Shown in pieces: positions 44,397-53,758 of a DNA stretch of 64,000 nucleotides. Made by a program: the position numbers and the translations under genes. The notes beneath the pieces are model-generated. The model was not told the origin of the DNA. It did no database searches and worked only from the letters and a program-made list of their open reading frames with translations. Location: contig JAWAFZ010000001.1 in NCBI GenBank assembly GCA_038890155.1, positions 74,709-138,708 of the forward strand. Reading direction: 5' to 3'. How positions within the stretch are numbered: position 1 is the stretch's first letter; every line of letters starts with the position of its first letter. Source of the DNA: Candidatus Caldarchaeum sp. (GTDB lineage: Archaea; Thermoproteota; Nitrososphaeria_A; Caldarchaeales; Caldarchaeaceae).

Positions 44397-44922
44397 TCTT
44401 GTCTAGGTTTTGAATATATTCTCCGTCCACCTTGGAAAACTGCCGCCCTGCCGGGTTCTGCCTCGACGTCTGGTAGTAGGTGGTTATGTGCCTCCCTAGG
44501 AGGCGGTCTTCTTCGGGCAGCACCTCCTCCGACGAAGGTACTTCAAGCCCTGCGTCCAGAGCCCCCTTCAACACAGCGTACAGCCTGCTGCCCTTCACCG
44601 ACCTGTAAACACCCGTGTCGAGGATTGCTCTTTCAACTTCTTTCTCCAAGGCTTTCTTCCCAAGGAGAAGGCCTGTCAGGTAGGCCGCCGGCGTCGACTT
44701 GAACGAGGCTTTCCAGCCGTAAGAGGCAAGCATGTCAGAGGAAACAGTTATCAGGGTAAGGTCGCCGCCTGCCTTCGACTTGACCAGCTGGGCGATGATT
44801 CTTCTGTTAGTCCTCCTAACAACAAGCCTTTCGACGCCCGACTTCACCAGCCTAAGCCTCTTACGGTAGTCAGTCCTCCCATCCCTCCTTCTCCTAGGCT
44901 TGGTCCTGACGAAGTAGGTCAT
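44347..44922 (-). CDS. rpl18: Ribosomal protein L18 (uL18)
   Basis: RRRRDGRTDYRKRLRLVKSG...RLVVRRTNRRIIAQLV. Confidence 0.9.
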   Translation of the reverse strand: MTYFVRTKPRRRRDGRTDYRKRLRLVKSGVERLVVRRTNRRIIAQLVKSKAGGDLTLITVSSDMLASYGWKASFKSTPAAYLTGLLLGKKALEKEVERAILDTGVYRSVKGSRLYAVLKGALDAGLEVPSSEEVLPEEDRLLGRHITTYYQTSRQNPAGRQFSKVDGEYIQNLDKNVQTVRDKIMGGAGSV

Positions 44923-45356
44923 CTCGATGCCTCACCCATCATCTTCCTCGCTTTGATGAACTCCTTGAGTGACGCCACGGATTTAAAGTTCCCGGCCTTG
45001 ACGAAGCCGTACAGGATGCGGTAGTTGTCCTTCCCGATGAGTCCCTGGTCCCGGAGTTTCTTGAGGTAAGCCCTCTGGGCCCTCACCCGGCTTATCCAAA
45101 GCCGTTTCCGGGGAACTATTGAGTGCTTGGCTCCCTCCTTGCTTCCCGGGCCACGCCTCCTCCTCGGCTCAACCCTTGCCCGGCTGACTCCACTTTTGGG
45201 GAGCTTGACGATGGCTCCGTCCTGTATAAGCCTGCGTAATTCGGCCCTGGTGATGGCTGACTCTATGTCCTCGAGACGCTCCGGGTCGAACTTTACGCGC
45301 GATACTCCGCATTTGAGGAGGTCGGCGGCCACTCGTTTCTGAAAATCCAGCTTCAT
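44919..45356 (-). CDS. rpl19e: Ribosomal protein L19e
   Basis: L19e family (LQKRVAADLL.., SRARV..RR.RGPGSKEG..HSI..), 145 aa. Confidence 0.9.
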   Translation of the reverse strand: MKLDFQKRVAADLLKCGVSRVKFDPERLEDIESAITRAELRRLIQDGAIVKLPKSGVSRARVEPRRRRGPGSKEGAKHSIVPRKRLWISRVRAQRAYLKKLRDQGLIGKDNYRILYGFVKAGNFKSVASLKEFIKARKMMGEASR

Positions 45357-45742
45357 GCCTTGCTCTCCTCCGTCTTGACCGGCGGGTTCAGAACTTTAAA
45401 CCCTTTCTCGACAGCCGCCTCGTAAATCTGGGTCCTTAGCCTTCCTCCCAGCCCGCCCGAAAGCCTCACAGCGTCCCTGTCGGGCGATAGGTTGTTGAGC
45501 TGGGACAGGCTCGAGACAACCACGTCCCTGTAGCCTGAAGGATGCAGGCCTCTGAATGTCTCCGGCGAGCCGTAGCCGATTCTGACGACCGGCGGAGCGC
45601 CTCTCTTCTGAAGCCTCATCCTGCTGTCCTTTCCTCTAGGCCTCCTGTACCCTGTCCTGAGCCTGACGTACCTCCAGCTCTCCTGTCTGACGAACTCCGG
45701 CGTTGTCCTCCTCTTCTTCAGTACTCTGCGCGGAAGCTTCAT
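45353..45742 (-). CDS. rpl32e: Ribosomal protein L32e
   Basis: L32e family (W.RPRG.DS..R....G....IGYGSP), 129 aa. Confidence 0.9.
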   Translation of the reverse strand: MKLPRRVLKKRRTTPEFVRQESWRYVRLRTGYRRPRGKDSRMRLQKRGAPPVVRIGYGSPETFRGLHPSGYRDVVVSSLSQLNNLSPDRDAVRLSGGLGGRLRTQIYEAAVEKGFKVLNPPVKTEESKA

Positions 45743-46281
45743 GCACCAGCCACCCTCTCAGCTAGGTAGACGCCGTCCAAGAACTTCCTCGGGTCCTTCC
45801 TGCCTATTCGTGTGGCGTTCTCGATGTTGGCGGCTGTCTGGCCGACGGCTTCCTTGTCAACCCCCGTGATTATTACGTCTTCGCCCTTCACGGAGACCTT
45901 AACGTCGCCCACTATCTTGGCCTTGCGGTCGTACCGTTCTCCGAGAAAGTTGGATATGACGACTTCGCTCCCAACAACCTTGACGGTGATGGGGAAGTGG
46001 GAGGAGACAACCTTCATCTTGTATGTGTAGCCCTTCGTAACCCCCTCGACGGCGTTCTTGATAATCGAGACCACCGTGCCGACCATGGCCCTCGCCTTCC
46101 TAGACGTTCCAGGCATCCTCACCATCACGCCGCCCGCCTGAATTCTTATCTCAGCAGGTATGTGGCTCAAGTCCTTGACGACTCTTCCTTTAGGACCTTC
46201 CACGTTCAGCAGGCCATTCTCGTACTTTACGGCCGTCTTCTCGGGTAGGGCGATGAACCTCTCGAGATACTCAGTAGACAT
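45739..46281 (-). CDS. rpl6: Ribosomal protein L6 (uL6)
   Basis: Two L6 alpha/beta repeats, 180 aa. Confidence 0.9.
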   Translation of the reverse strand: MSTEYLERFIALPEKTAVKYENGLLNVEGPKGRVVKDLSHIPAEIRIQAGGVMVRMPGTSRKARAMVGTVVSIIKNAVEGVTKGYTYKMKVVSSHFPITVKVVGSEVVISNFLGERYDRKAKIVGDVKVSVKGEDVIITGVDKEAVGQTAANIENATRIGRKDPRKFLDGVYLAERVAGA

Positions 46282-46654
46282 AGCCCAGCAACCTCCCTCC
46301 TGTGTTGAGCTTCTTCGCCTCGTCGTGGGACATCACACCCTTCGGCGTGGTGACGACGATGACGCCCACGCCTCTGCCAGGCAGGTATTGTTGTTCGAAG
46401 AACTCGTACATGTCGGCTTTGACGTTAAGCCTGGGTCTTATGGGCCGCGACCTGTTTACCCTACCGAGCAGCTGTACCTTGAACAACCCTCCCCTACCGT
46501 TCTCGATGTACTCGAAAGCCCCTACGTAGCCCTTTCGCTGCAGAACCTTCAATATCTCTCCCACCAGCCTAGAGGCCTTGATAACGCATTCATGGTTGTG
46601 CACCATCTCGTTGTTATGAATCGTTGTGAACAGAGCGGAAACCAGGTCAGTCAT
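46271..46654 (-). CDS. rps8: Ribosomal protein S8 (uS8)
   Basis: MTDLVSALFTTIHNNEMV...; 127 aa. Confidence 0.9.
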   Translation of the reverse strand: MTDLVSALFTTIHNNEMVHNHECVIKASRLVGEILKVLQRKGYVGAFEYIENGRGGLFKVQLLGRVNRSRPIRPRLNVKADMYEFFEQQYLPGRGVGVIVVTTPKGVMSHDEAKKLNTGGRLLGYVY

Positions 46655-46664
46655 TCTTCACACC

Positions 46665-46823
46665 CTAATCATAAACCTTGAAGCCGAGCTTCGGCCCAAC
46701 CTCGTTTATGCAGCGCCTGCATATCAGCAAGCCGTACTTCCTGATGACGCCCACGCTGGTCCCGCACCGACGGCATACATGAACTCCCTTCCCGAACTTC
46801 CTCGGCTTCTGCGTCTGCTTCAT
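46665..46823 (-). CDS. rps14: Ribosomal protein S14 (uS14, zinc-binding type Z)
   Basis: Hand-translated 52-aa [55 protein letters not shown]; C4 motif; ATGA overlap with rpl5. Missing from the ORF track (<60 aa). Confidence 0.85.
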   Translation of the reverse strand: MKQTQKPRKFGKGVHVCRRCGTSVGVIRKYGLLICRRCINEVGPKLGFKVYD

Positions 46824-47341
46824 TCCTCAACCACCCTAGCTCCCAGAGACTTCATAAACTCTACAGCCTCCCCCCTGTTTACAGTCTGCCTACGGCCCGG
46901 CCTGGCTCTGCGGTAAGCCCTCTTGACAACCCTGTATCCGGGCTTTACAAGATGAACCGAGACGTCCATGCCGACGATCCCCAGCTCAGGGTTATACCTC
47001 GTTCCAGGTATGTCGAGATGTTCATGGATCCCGAAAGATACGTTGCCGTGGTCGTCGAAGCTCGAGGCCTTGAGCGTGTTGTTCACAGCTGCGAGAGCCT
47101 TCCTCAAAAACTCGTGGGCAGCTTGCTTGCGTAGCGTGACCCTGACCGCTATCGGCTCCCCCTTGTGTATGCCGAAGCCTCGGACGGTTTTCTTCGCATT
47201 CCTAACCTCGGGCTTCTGTCCGACCAGCTGCTCGATTATCTTCTGAGCCTTCTCAAGCTTTACACCGCCCTCGCCGACGCTGCAGTTTATGACGACCTTC
47301 TCTATGCGCGGGGTTGTGATTGTTAAGGCAGCATTATCCAC
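46820..47341 (-). CDS. rpl5: Ribosomal protein L5 (uL5)
   Basis: L5 family, 173 aa. Confidence 0.9.
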   Translation of the reverse strand: MDNAALTITTPRIEKVVINCSVGEGGVKLEKAQKIIEQLVGQKPEVRNAKKTVRGFGIHKGEPIAVRVTLRKQAAHEFLRKALAAVNNTLKASSFDDHGNVSFGIHEHLDIPGTRYNPELGIVGMDVSVHLVKPGYRVVKRAYRRARPGRRQTVNRGEAVEFMKSLGARVVEE

Positions 47342-48039
47342 GGTTTTTCCACCCCTACAGGCATTATGTTCTTCAGAAGGGTTGTGACGGGGCCTTGGCT
47401 TGTCTCGACGGTTGCCGTCGGCTTGTCGGGATAAACCACGTCCTTCCTCACCTTGGAGACGACGCCGTGAAGCCCTGCCCTCGAACCTCTCACGATGAAT
47501 CCATAAACTCCCGGCTCGAGCGATGCTCTGTCGAGGATATCCTGACTCGGAACCGATATCTTCAGGCCGTCGAGTGTCATGAAAGACCTGCCTCTTTCAA
47601 CCTCCTCCCCCTTGAACAGTATTGTCCTGCCGTCGTGCAATCCTATCGAGAGCCCTCCACCTCTTACGTGGTTTTTCCTCACTACCTGGCATACCTTAAT
47701 TCCGGCCTCGTCGCCGCCCACCTTGAAAACGCCCAAGCCCTTACGCGGCCTCACCAAAACCCTGTAATTCTCAGCTAGTTCAGCGACTTGAAGCAGGTCC
47801 ATCAGCCCTAGGGGGAACCTAGGGTCTCGAACCACTCGCCCGTCTACTTGAAACTTTCCTTGGTTTATGAGCTTCCTAGCTGTACGCCCGTCCTCTGCGT
47901 AGCCTAGAATGTCTCTAACGACAACTATCAGCGGGATGGAGTTTTGACGTGGATGCCCTCCCGGCCGTGGCGAGGCTGTGAAAACTGTCGGTTTTTTCGG
48001 GTAGTGGCGAGGAGCCGCCAGCGACTTCAGATGCGTCAT
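47323..48039 (-). CDS. rps4e: Ribosomal protein S4e
   Basis: MTHLKSLAAPRHYPKKPTVF... S4e N-terminus, KOW; 238 aa. Confidence 0.9.
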   Translation of the reverse strand: MTHLKSLAAPRHYPKKPTVFTASPRPGGHPRQNSIPLIVVVRDILGYAEDGRTARKLINQGKFQVDGRVVRDPRFPLGLMDLLQVAELAENYRVLVRPRKGLGVFKVGGDEAGIKVCQVVRKNHVRGGGLSIGLHDGRTILFKGEEVERGRSFMTLDGLKISVPSQDILDRASLEPGVYGFIVRGSRAGLHGVVSKVRKDVVYPDKPTATVETSQGPVTTLLKNIMPVGVEKPWIMLP

Positions 48040-48404
48040 GATGTCTTCGCCTCCAGCTTCTGCTTGCGATATTCGTCGTCTAGGTTGAGCTGGGTCAGCA
48101 TGATGTTCGAAACCCTTATGGGCAAGTCGACGGAGCTGCCGTCTGCCTTCTTCCTGCTGACGTTCTCCATGTAAACCATCTGCCTCTTGATGTCCACCCT
48201 CTTCACCTTACCCTCAACACCCTTAAACACACCCTTCATCACCTTGACCGTGTCCCCAATCCTTACCCCCAAAGACCTTCGGCCGTACTTACTTCTAAGC
48301 TCAGGCGATAGATGAGCCCTCATGAACTTCACCAAAACATGGCGGGGCGAGTTGAACTGCCTGAGCCGTTGTTTCCGAGGTTTACTCGAACTCATACACA
48401 ACAC
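48036..48404 (-). CDS. rpl24: Ribosomal protein L24 (uL24)
   Basis: KOW motif IRIGDTVKVMKGVFKGVEGKV. Confidence 0.85.
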   Translation of the reverse strand: MLCMSSSKPRKQRLRQFNSPRHVLVKFMRAHLSPELRSKYGRRSLGVRIGDTVKVMKGVFKGVEGKVKRVDIKRQMVYMENVSRKKADGSSVDLPIRVSNIMLTQLNLDDEYRKQKLEAKTS

Positions 48405-48839
48405 CTATATTATCATAGTCGCTGCGTTGGCTATTCTAGGCCATCTCTCAGCCGCCTCTCTTGCTACAGGGCCCTTGATCTCGGTTCCCTTCAAGTCGCC
48501 CTCAGGCGTGATGATCACGGCAGCCGTGTCCTCGAAGCTTATCCACGTACCATCCCGCCTCCTGTAAGGCTTCCGCTGCCTGACCAAGACTGCGTGCATA
48601 GGCTTCTTGCGCAAGTCGATGGGCCCCTTCTTGACCGTCACGCTGAGCATGTCGCCCACGCACGCCGCTGGAACACGTCTAAGCCTAGCCGTAAGCCCGT
48701 GCACTTGAACAATCTTCAAAACCTGGGCCCCGGAGTTGTCGGCGCAGTTTACCAGCGAGCCGAGCACGACTGTTCGCGGCAGGTTGGGCCTCCTCTCGAG
48801 AACGCCTACAGCTGCAACAGCCCTCGACCGCTTAGCCAT
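48405..48839 (-). CDS. rpl14: Ribosomal protein L14 (uL14)
   Basis: ATG-initiated core MAKRSRAVAAVGV...NCADNSGAQ; 144 aa (the track ORF is extended upstream). Confidence 0.9.
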   Translation of the reverse strand: MAKRSRAVAAVGVLERRPNLPRTVVLGSLVNCADNSGAQVLKIVQVHGLTARLRRVPAACVGDMLSVTVKKGPIDLRKKPMHAVLVRQRKPYRRRDGTWISFEDTAAVIITPEGDLKGTEIKGPVAREAAERWPRIANAATMII

Positions 48840-48841
48840 CC

Positions 48842-49171
48842 CTACATCACCTTCTCGAGCACGACGAAGCTTACCTCCTTGCTGAGAGGCCTGCACTCGC
48901 CGATGCGGACCCTGTCCCCAACCTCGACGTCCAAGCACGGTGGAAGATGAGCCGAGATACGAGACCTCCTCCTCTCGAACCTCTTGTACTTCCTGACGTA
49001 AACCTGATACTTCTTCTCAACCACCACGGTCTTGTTCATCTTCTTCTTGACAACGACGCCCGTCTGGAGTATTCCCCTTACTGGTAGACGCCCGTGATAT
49101 GGACAGTCCTTGTCGTCGCAGGTTCTTGAAACCGGCTTGACCAGTATCCCTATGTTTCTGGCCTCGCTCAT
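48842..49171 (-). CDS. rps17: Ribosomal protein S17 (uS17)
   Basis: OB fold, GRLPVRGILQTGVVVKKKMNKTVVV. Confidence 0.9.
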   Translation of the reverse strand: MSEARNIGILVKPVSRTCDDKDCPYHGRLPVRGILQTGVVVKKKMNKTVVVEKKYQVYVRKYKRFERRRSRISAHLPPCLDVEVGDRVRIGECRPLSKEVSFVVLEKVM

Positions 49172-49431
49172 CTCCGCCTCTCCCTCAACAACCTCTCGAT
49201 AGGCCTTCCAACTAGAAGAGAGCCGTCGATTTTAACCTCATGAGGCTCGCCGGGGTTGAACCGGAAGACGGCCTCCTTCTTGGGCAAAGTCTTCACCCCC
49301 CTATCCGTTCGGATGGCTACGGTGTTCCGCGTCTCCTCGACAACGACTCCGCAGAAAAGCACGCCGTTGTAGGATGTCTCAACCCTCCGGCCGTGTATGA
49401 GCTGGTATTCGACCGCCCTGCTACTTGACAT
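49168..49431 (-). CDS. rnp1: RNase P protein component 1 (Rpp29/Pop4)
   Basis: Sm-like Rpp29 fold (LIHGRRVETSYNGVLFCGVVVEETRNTVAI), conserved L29-Rpp29-S17 order. Confidence 0.8.
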   Translation of the reverse strand: MSSSRAVEYQLIHGRRVETSYNGVLFCGVVVEETRNTVAIRTDRGVKTLPKKEAVFRFNPGEPHEVKIDGSLLVGRPIERLLRERRR

Positions 49432-49630
49432 TCTTCTTCATCCTCCTCTCAGCTAGGATTGTGTAAGCCCTAGCTATGCTTCTACGCAGCAGGCGTGCTC
49501 TGGCGGGGTTCTGGACCGAGCCGCCGGCACCTATCTCTGTCTTGACTCTTCTGAGCTCGGTCTTGAACTCGTCGACCCTAGCCCTCAGGTCTTCGTCGCT
49601 CAGTTCCCTAAGCTCCTTGACCTCCTTCAA
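49421..49630 (-). CDS. rpl29: Ribosomal protein L29 (uL29)
   Basis: MKEVKELRELSDEDLRARVDEFKTELRRVK; 69 aa. Confidence 0.85.
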   Translation of the reverse strand: MKEVKELRELSDEDLRARVDEFKTELRRVKTEIGAGGSVQNPARARLLRRSIARAYTILAERRMKKNVK

Positions 49631-50222
49631 CGCTCTTCACCCTTATCTCCTCCGGAAGAGGCGCGTCGGGCGGGTAGATCAGAACCCTCACACCGAAGAC
49701 GCCTGTCTTGAGCTTGACGGACGACTTGCCCTCCAAAACGTAGTCCATAGCAAGTTCGCCTGACTTGGGCATGAAGCCTTCGCTGAACTTTTCCGTCCTA
49801 GACCTTGCGGAGGTCAGCTTGCCGCTGATGTGGACTTCAACGCCCTTGGCTCCCGCCTCCATAATTCTCCTGACGGCCCAAAACCCAACCCTTCGGTACC
49901 TAACACCTCTCTCAAGGTCCTGCGCAATCCTCTCAGCCATCACGTAGGGGTTCAGCTCAGGCACCTCAACCTCAACAACCGTGACTACGGGGTTCTCAAC
50001 CTTGAACTGCTTCTCCAAAGCCTCGGTTATCTCCTTGATGACCTTCCCCTTCGGACCAATCACTCTGCTCGGCCTCATGGCGTAGATGGTTACTCTCGTG
50101 CCGACAGGGGTGAGGCTGATGCTTACGCCTCCGAATAAAGCCGAACGGAGCTTTTCGCGGAGATACTCCTCTATGTCCGCTTTCTTTATTCGTGTCTGGA
50201 GTATCTGCCTCACGATCGTCAC
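49608..50222 (-). CDS. rps3: Ribosomal protein S3 (uS3)
   Basis: KH domain plus S3 C-terminal domain, 204 aa. Confidence 0.9.
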   Translation of the reverse strand: MTIVRQILQTRIKKADIEEYLREKLRSALFGGVSISLTPVGTRVTIYAMRPSRVIGPKGKVIKEITEALEKQFKVENPVVTVVEVEVPELNPYVMAERIAQDLERGVRYRRVGFWAVRRIMEAGAKGVEVHISGKLTSARSRTEKFSEGFMPKSGELAMDYVLEGKSSVKLKTGVFGVRVLIYPPDAPLPEEIRVKSVEGGQGA

Positions 50223-50677
50223 GCCCTGCTCACCCCCGCAAGCTCGATGTGAACGTATGTCTTGTTGTACGGGCTTGACCTTCCGAAAGCCCTCTCGATG
50301 TTCTTCCTAGTCACTCTACCTTTATGAGAGGCTGCGTGTACGATGTAGGTTTTCTCAGGGTCGAGGCCTTTGAACTCGGCGTTGGCCTCGAGGGTATCGA
50401 CCAGCTTAAGCATGTATTTTGAAACCTTCACGGGATATCCTCCGGGGCCCCTCGTCTCTGCGTGGTGAGCCCTCTTCTTCCTGTACCGTCCGTACCTTAT
50501 CATCGCCCTCCCTTCAACAACATCCGCCAGCAGCTTCCTCGCCTCTGTTATCGTAAGCCCCTTGACGGCTTCGCAAACCTCCCGAGCCCATTTCGGGGAC
50601 ACGTCCACCTCTCTGAGGCTAGCCCTAACCTCGTTCTCCTTCTCACCCAACTTCGACGAGTAACCCCACGTAGGCAT
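50219..50677 (-). CDS. rpl22: Ribosomal protein L22 (uL22)
   Basis: L22 family, 152 aa; first gene of this operon segment. Confidence 0.9.
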   Translation of the reverse strand: MPTWGYSSKLGEKENEVRASLREVDVSPKWAREVCEAVKGLTITEARKLLADVVEGRAMIRYGRYRKKRAHHAETRGPGGYPVKVSKYMLKLVDTLEANAEFKGLDPEKTYIVHAASHKGRVTRKNIERAFGRSSPYNKTYVHIELAGVSRA

Positions 50678-50784
50678 GCTGTTGTCTAAACCAATCCTTC
50701 GACAGAGTCAAGTTATAAACATATCTAGCCAGGTTGGCGTGAGGTGTCGCAAGGCTTAAACTAGACCAGTCCGCTGGAGCGGTT

Positions 50785-51765
50785 GTGGAGGTTAGGAGAA
50801 CGGTACAGTTTACGGGAGGAAGCTCCTACTCCATCACTCTCCCGAAGGAATGGGTCAGGAGGATGGGGATTAGGAAGGGGTCTTTGGTGGTTTTGAAGCC
50901 GGTTGAAGACGGCTCCTTGGCTGTGTACTCTGAGAGGGAGCTTGAGCCGGAGGAGCACGAGGTGGAGATAAACCTCAGGCCCAACGTCGGCCAGCTGGTC
51001 GTTGGAGCCTACCTGTACGGCTACAACCTCATAAGAATTACTTCAGCTAATCCGATGAAGGACAACGAGCTGGCTGAGATCAAGAAAGTAGTCAGAGGGT
51101 TGGCTGGTGCGGAAATAGTTGACGAGACTCCTACGAAGATAGAGATACAGGTTGTCCTCGACAGACAGCTTGTTGCGCCCGAGAAGCTTCTGCGACGCCA
51201 GCAGACGCTTGTCCTAGGCATGGTTGAGAACGCCGTCGACTCGTACGTGAAGAGGAACAACTCGCTTGGACGGCTCGTGGTGCAGAGGGATGAAGAGGTT
51301 GACAGGCTTTACTTCACGCTTGTGCGCATCGTGAGGTCAGCGATCATAGACCCGACGCTCGCCCGAAAGCTGGAGACCTCGCCCCTCGTCCTGATGGACC
51401 TAAGGGTTGCTGCGAAGTTCATGGAGGATGCAGGGGACCAAGCATCCGAGATAGCGAGAGAGGCTGTCAAGAACTCTAAGGAGGTTGACGAGGAGACGCT
51501 GGAAGAGTTAAAGTCTCTCTCAAGCCTGATACTCTCGATGGGCTCCGGCCCGCTAGACGCCTTATTCAGCCAAGACCTCGACAGGATAGAAAAGATAACG
51601 AGCACGAGGGCTGAGTTCATCAAGAGAGGAGAGTCCTTCATCAAGAAAGCATCACAGTCAACAAACTCAGCCAGAGTCTTCAAAGTCTACTACCATCTTT
51701 CGAAGGTTTGTGAAGACTTCGCTGACACGGCTGAGCTGGGCCTTCCATTCAAGCCCTCCCGCTAG
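50785..51765 (+). CDS. PhoU-domain regulator with N-terminal SpoVT/AbrB-like domain
   Basis: N-terminal swapped-hairpin AbrB-like domain (VQFTGGSSYSITLPKEWVRRMGIRKGSLVVL) followed by two PhoU repeats; 326 aa. Confidence 0.75.
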   Translation: MEVRRTVQFTGGSSYSITLPKEWVRRMGIRKGSLVVLKPVEDGSLAVYSERELEPEEHEVEINLRPNVGQLVVGAYLYGYNLIRITSANPMKDNELAEIKKVVRGLAGAEIVDETPTKIEIQVVLDRQLVAPEKLLRRQQTLVLGMVENAVDSYVKRNNSLGRLVVQRDEEVDRLYFTLVRIVRSAIIDPTLARKLETSPLVLMDLRVAAKFMEDAGDQASEIAREAVKNSKEVDEETLEELKSLSSLILSMGSGPLDALFSQDLDRIEKITSTRAEFIKRGESFIKKASQSTNSARVFKVYYHLSKVCEDFADTAELGLPFKPSR

Positions 51766-51803
51766 CTTTCATGTTTAAAGCTTGCAAAAAAAGAGATTAA
51801 CAC

Positions 51804-52808
51804 GTGAGCGATAAATCCATCGAACTGTACGACATCACGATAATCGGTGCAGGCCCTACAGGCCTGTTCGCTGCTTTCTACGCAGCGGGGATGAGGAACA
51901 TGAAAACGAAGGTCATAGAGGCGTTGGATGTTTACGGAGGCCAGCTCACCGTTCTCTACCCTGATAAATTCATCTACGACGTCGCAGGGTTTCCCAAGAT
52001 TCTAGCGAAAGACCTCGCTAACCAGCTTTACATGCAGGCTACTGCCTACAAGCCGGTGATTCTGTTCTCCGAGAAGGTGTTAAACCTTTCTAGGCTCGCC
52101 GACGGAGTGATTGAGCTTACAACCGACAAGGGTGTTCACTTCAGCAGAACCGTTTTGATAGCCGCGGGGCACGGAGCCTTCACTCCTAGGAAGCTCGGCA
52201 ACCCCATGGTCGAGAAGTTCGACGACAGGGGAGTCTACTACTTCGTCAAGGACAAGTGGATGTTCAGGGGGAAGAGAGTAGTCATCGTCGGCGGAGGAGA
52301 CTCGGCTGTAGACTGGGCTCTCAACCTCAAGGAAGTGGCTGAGGAAACTTACCTAGTCCACAGAAGAACCGAGTTCAGGGCTCATGAGGGGAGTGTGATA
52401 GAGCTTTTCCATTCACCGGTCAAGGTTCTGGTCCCGTACGAGGTCAAGGAGGCCTACGGAGATGACAGGCTGGAGGCCGTTAAGGTGGTTAACAACAAAA
52501 CAGGCGAGGAGCAGTTGATCGAGTGCGACGCCTTGATTCTGCAGCTTGGACACCTCGTCGACGTCTCGCTCTTCAAGAAATGGGGCCTCGAGATGGAGGG
52601 AAATGCTATCAAGATAAACGGGCGTTGTGAGACCAACATCCCCGGCGTCTACGCCGCTGGAGACATAGCTGCTCCAACAGACTCGGTCAAGCTAGCTCTG
52701 CTGGCCATAGGGTTTGCCCAAGCAGCCGTCGCCGTCAACGTAGCCAAGAACTACATAGACCCCAAGGCTAGCTACTTCCCAGGCCACAGCTCTGAGAGGA
52801 GAATGTAG
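51804..52808 (+). CDS. FAD/NAD(P)-binding oxidoreductase, thioredoxin-reductase-like / ferredoxin-NADP reductase type 2 (no CXXC)
   Basis: GxGxxG (IIGAGPTG), second Rossmann motif VVIVGGGDSA, GD motif AAGDIA; lacks the redox CXXC of TrxB; 334 aa. Confidence 0.75.
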   Translation: MSDKSIELYDITIIGAGPTGLFAAFYAAGMRNMKTKVIEALDVYGGQLTVLYPDKFIYDVAGFPKILAKDLANQLYMQATAYKPVILFSEKVLNLSRLADGVIELTTDKGVHFSRTVLIAAGHGAFTPRKLGNPMVEKFDDRGVYYFVKDKWMFRGKRVVIVGGGDSAVDWALNLKEVAEETYLVHRRTEFRAHEGSVIELFHSPVKVLVPYEVKEAYGDDRLEAVKVVNNKTGEEQLIECDALILQLGHLVDVSLFKKWGLEMEGNAIKINGRCETNIPGVYAAGDIAAPTDSVKLALLAIGFAQAAVAVNVAKNYIDPKASYFPGHSSERRM

Positions 52809-52810
52809 GC

Positions 52811-53758
52811 GTGGCTCTCAGAGGATATTTGGTCGGGTCTTTCCCGAGGCCGGCTAAGCTGATCAAGCTTCTCAGAGACTATTCGAAGGGGAAGACGGGG
52901 AGAGAGCAGGTAGAGAGTGAAGTCGACAAGACTGTCGAGATGATCGTGAGGATTCAGGTTGAGAACAAGCTGGCATACGTTTCTGACGGCATGCTCCTCT
53001 GGGACGACCTCTTCAGGCCCTTCTCTACAATCGTCGACGGCGTTGAGGTTGACGGGCTGTCAAGATGGTTTGACAACAACGTCTTCTACAAGAAGCTGGT
53101 GGTCAAGGACAGACTCGTTCTGAAAAAGCCGCTGGGTGAGATGTTCTACAAGCCTGCAGGAAATCATCCGTCTAAACTCATCCTCCCCGACCCCTACACG
53201 GCTGCAACCCTCTCGGAGAACAACTACTACAAAAGCTTCGAAGAACACGCCTACGACTGGGCCGAGGTAATAGGTCAGACGGCTGCGTCGGTGAAGGACG
53301 TTCAACAGCTTCAGCTTACCGCTCCCAGCCTCGTCTTCGAAAAAACCTCAAAAGAGCATCTCGAGACGGCGAAGGAATGCGTGAGAATCGTCAGGAACAA
53401 GGCAAGGTGCGAGCTTCTCATTCACACGCCCTTCGGGTCTTTATCGAACGCTCTTCCCGACATCCTAGATTTTCCCGTCGACGTCGTCGGAGTAGACCTT
53501 TTGAAGACAAGGATGAGCCAGCTTTCGGAGTACAACATCGATAAACATCTCTACCTCGGGGTGCTGGACGGCAGGAACACGCTGGCGGAGAATGTTGAAA
53601 CGGTTGTCAGCACCATCGAAAACCTGTTCAGCAAGACGGGGCTGAAGAACGCCGACGTAGGGCCTACGTGCGAGCTAGAGTTCCTCCCCTTCGAGCCCGC
53701 CGTTGACAAGGTTAAAAAACTCGGCGAGGTTCTTGAGAGGGCTGCGGAGAAGATATGA
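52811..53758 (+). CDS. Cobalamin-independent methionine synthase, N-terminal-domain-like half (split MetE)
   Basis: MetE/UROD (beta-alpha)8 barrel without Zn ligands; N-terminal-domain motif LSRWFDNNVFYKKLVV (cf. MTKWFDTNYHY). Confidence 0.7.
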   Translation: MALRGYLVGSFPRPAKLIKLLRDYSKGKTGREQVESEVDKTVEMIVRIQVENKLAYVSDGMLLWDDLFRPFSTIVDGVEVDGLSRWFDNNVFYKKLVVKDRLVLKKPLGEMFYKPAGNHPSKLILPDPYTAATLSENNYYKSFEEHAYDWAEVIGQTAASVKDVQQLQLTAPSLVFEKTSKEHLETAKECVRIVRNKARCELLIHTPFGSLSNALPDILDFPVDVVGVDLLKTRMSQLSEYNIDKHLYLGVLDGRNTLAENVETVVSTIENLFSKTGLKNADVGPTCELEFLPFEPAVDKVKKLGEVLERAAEKI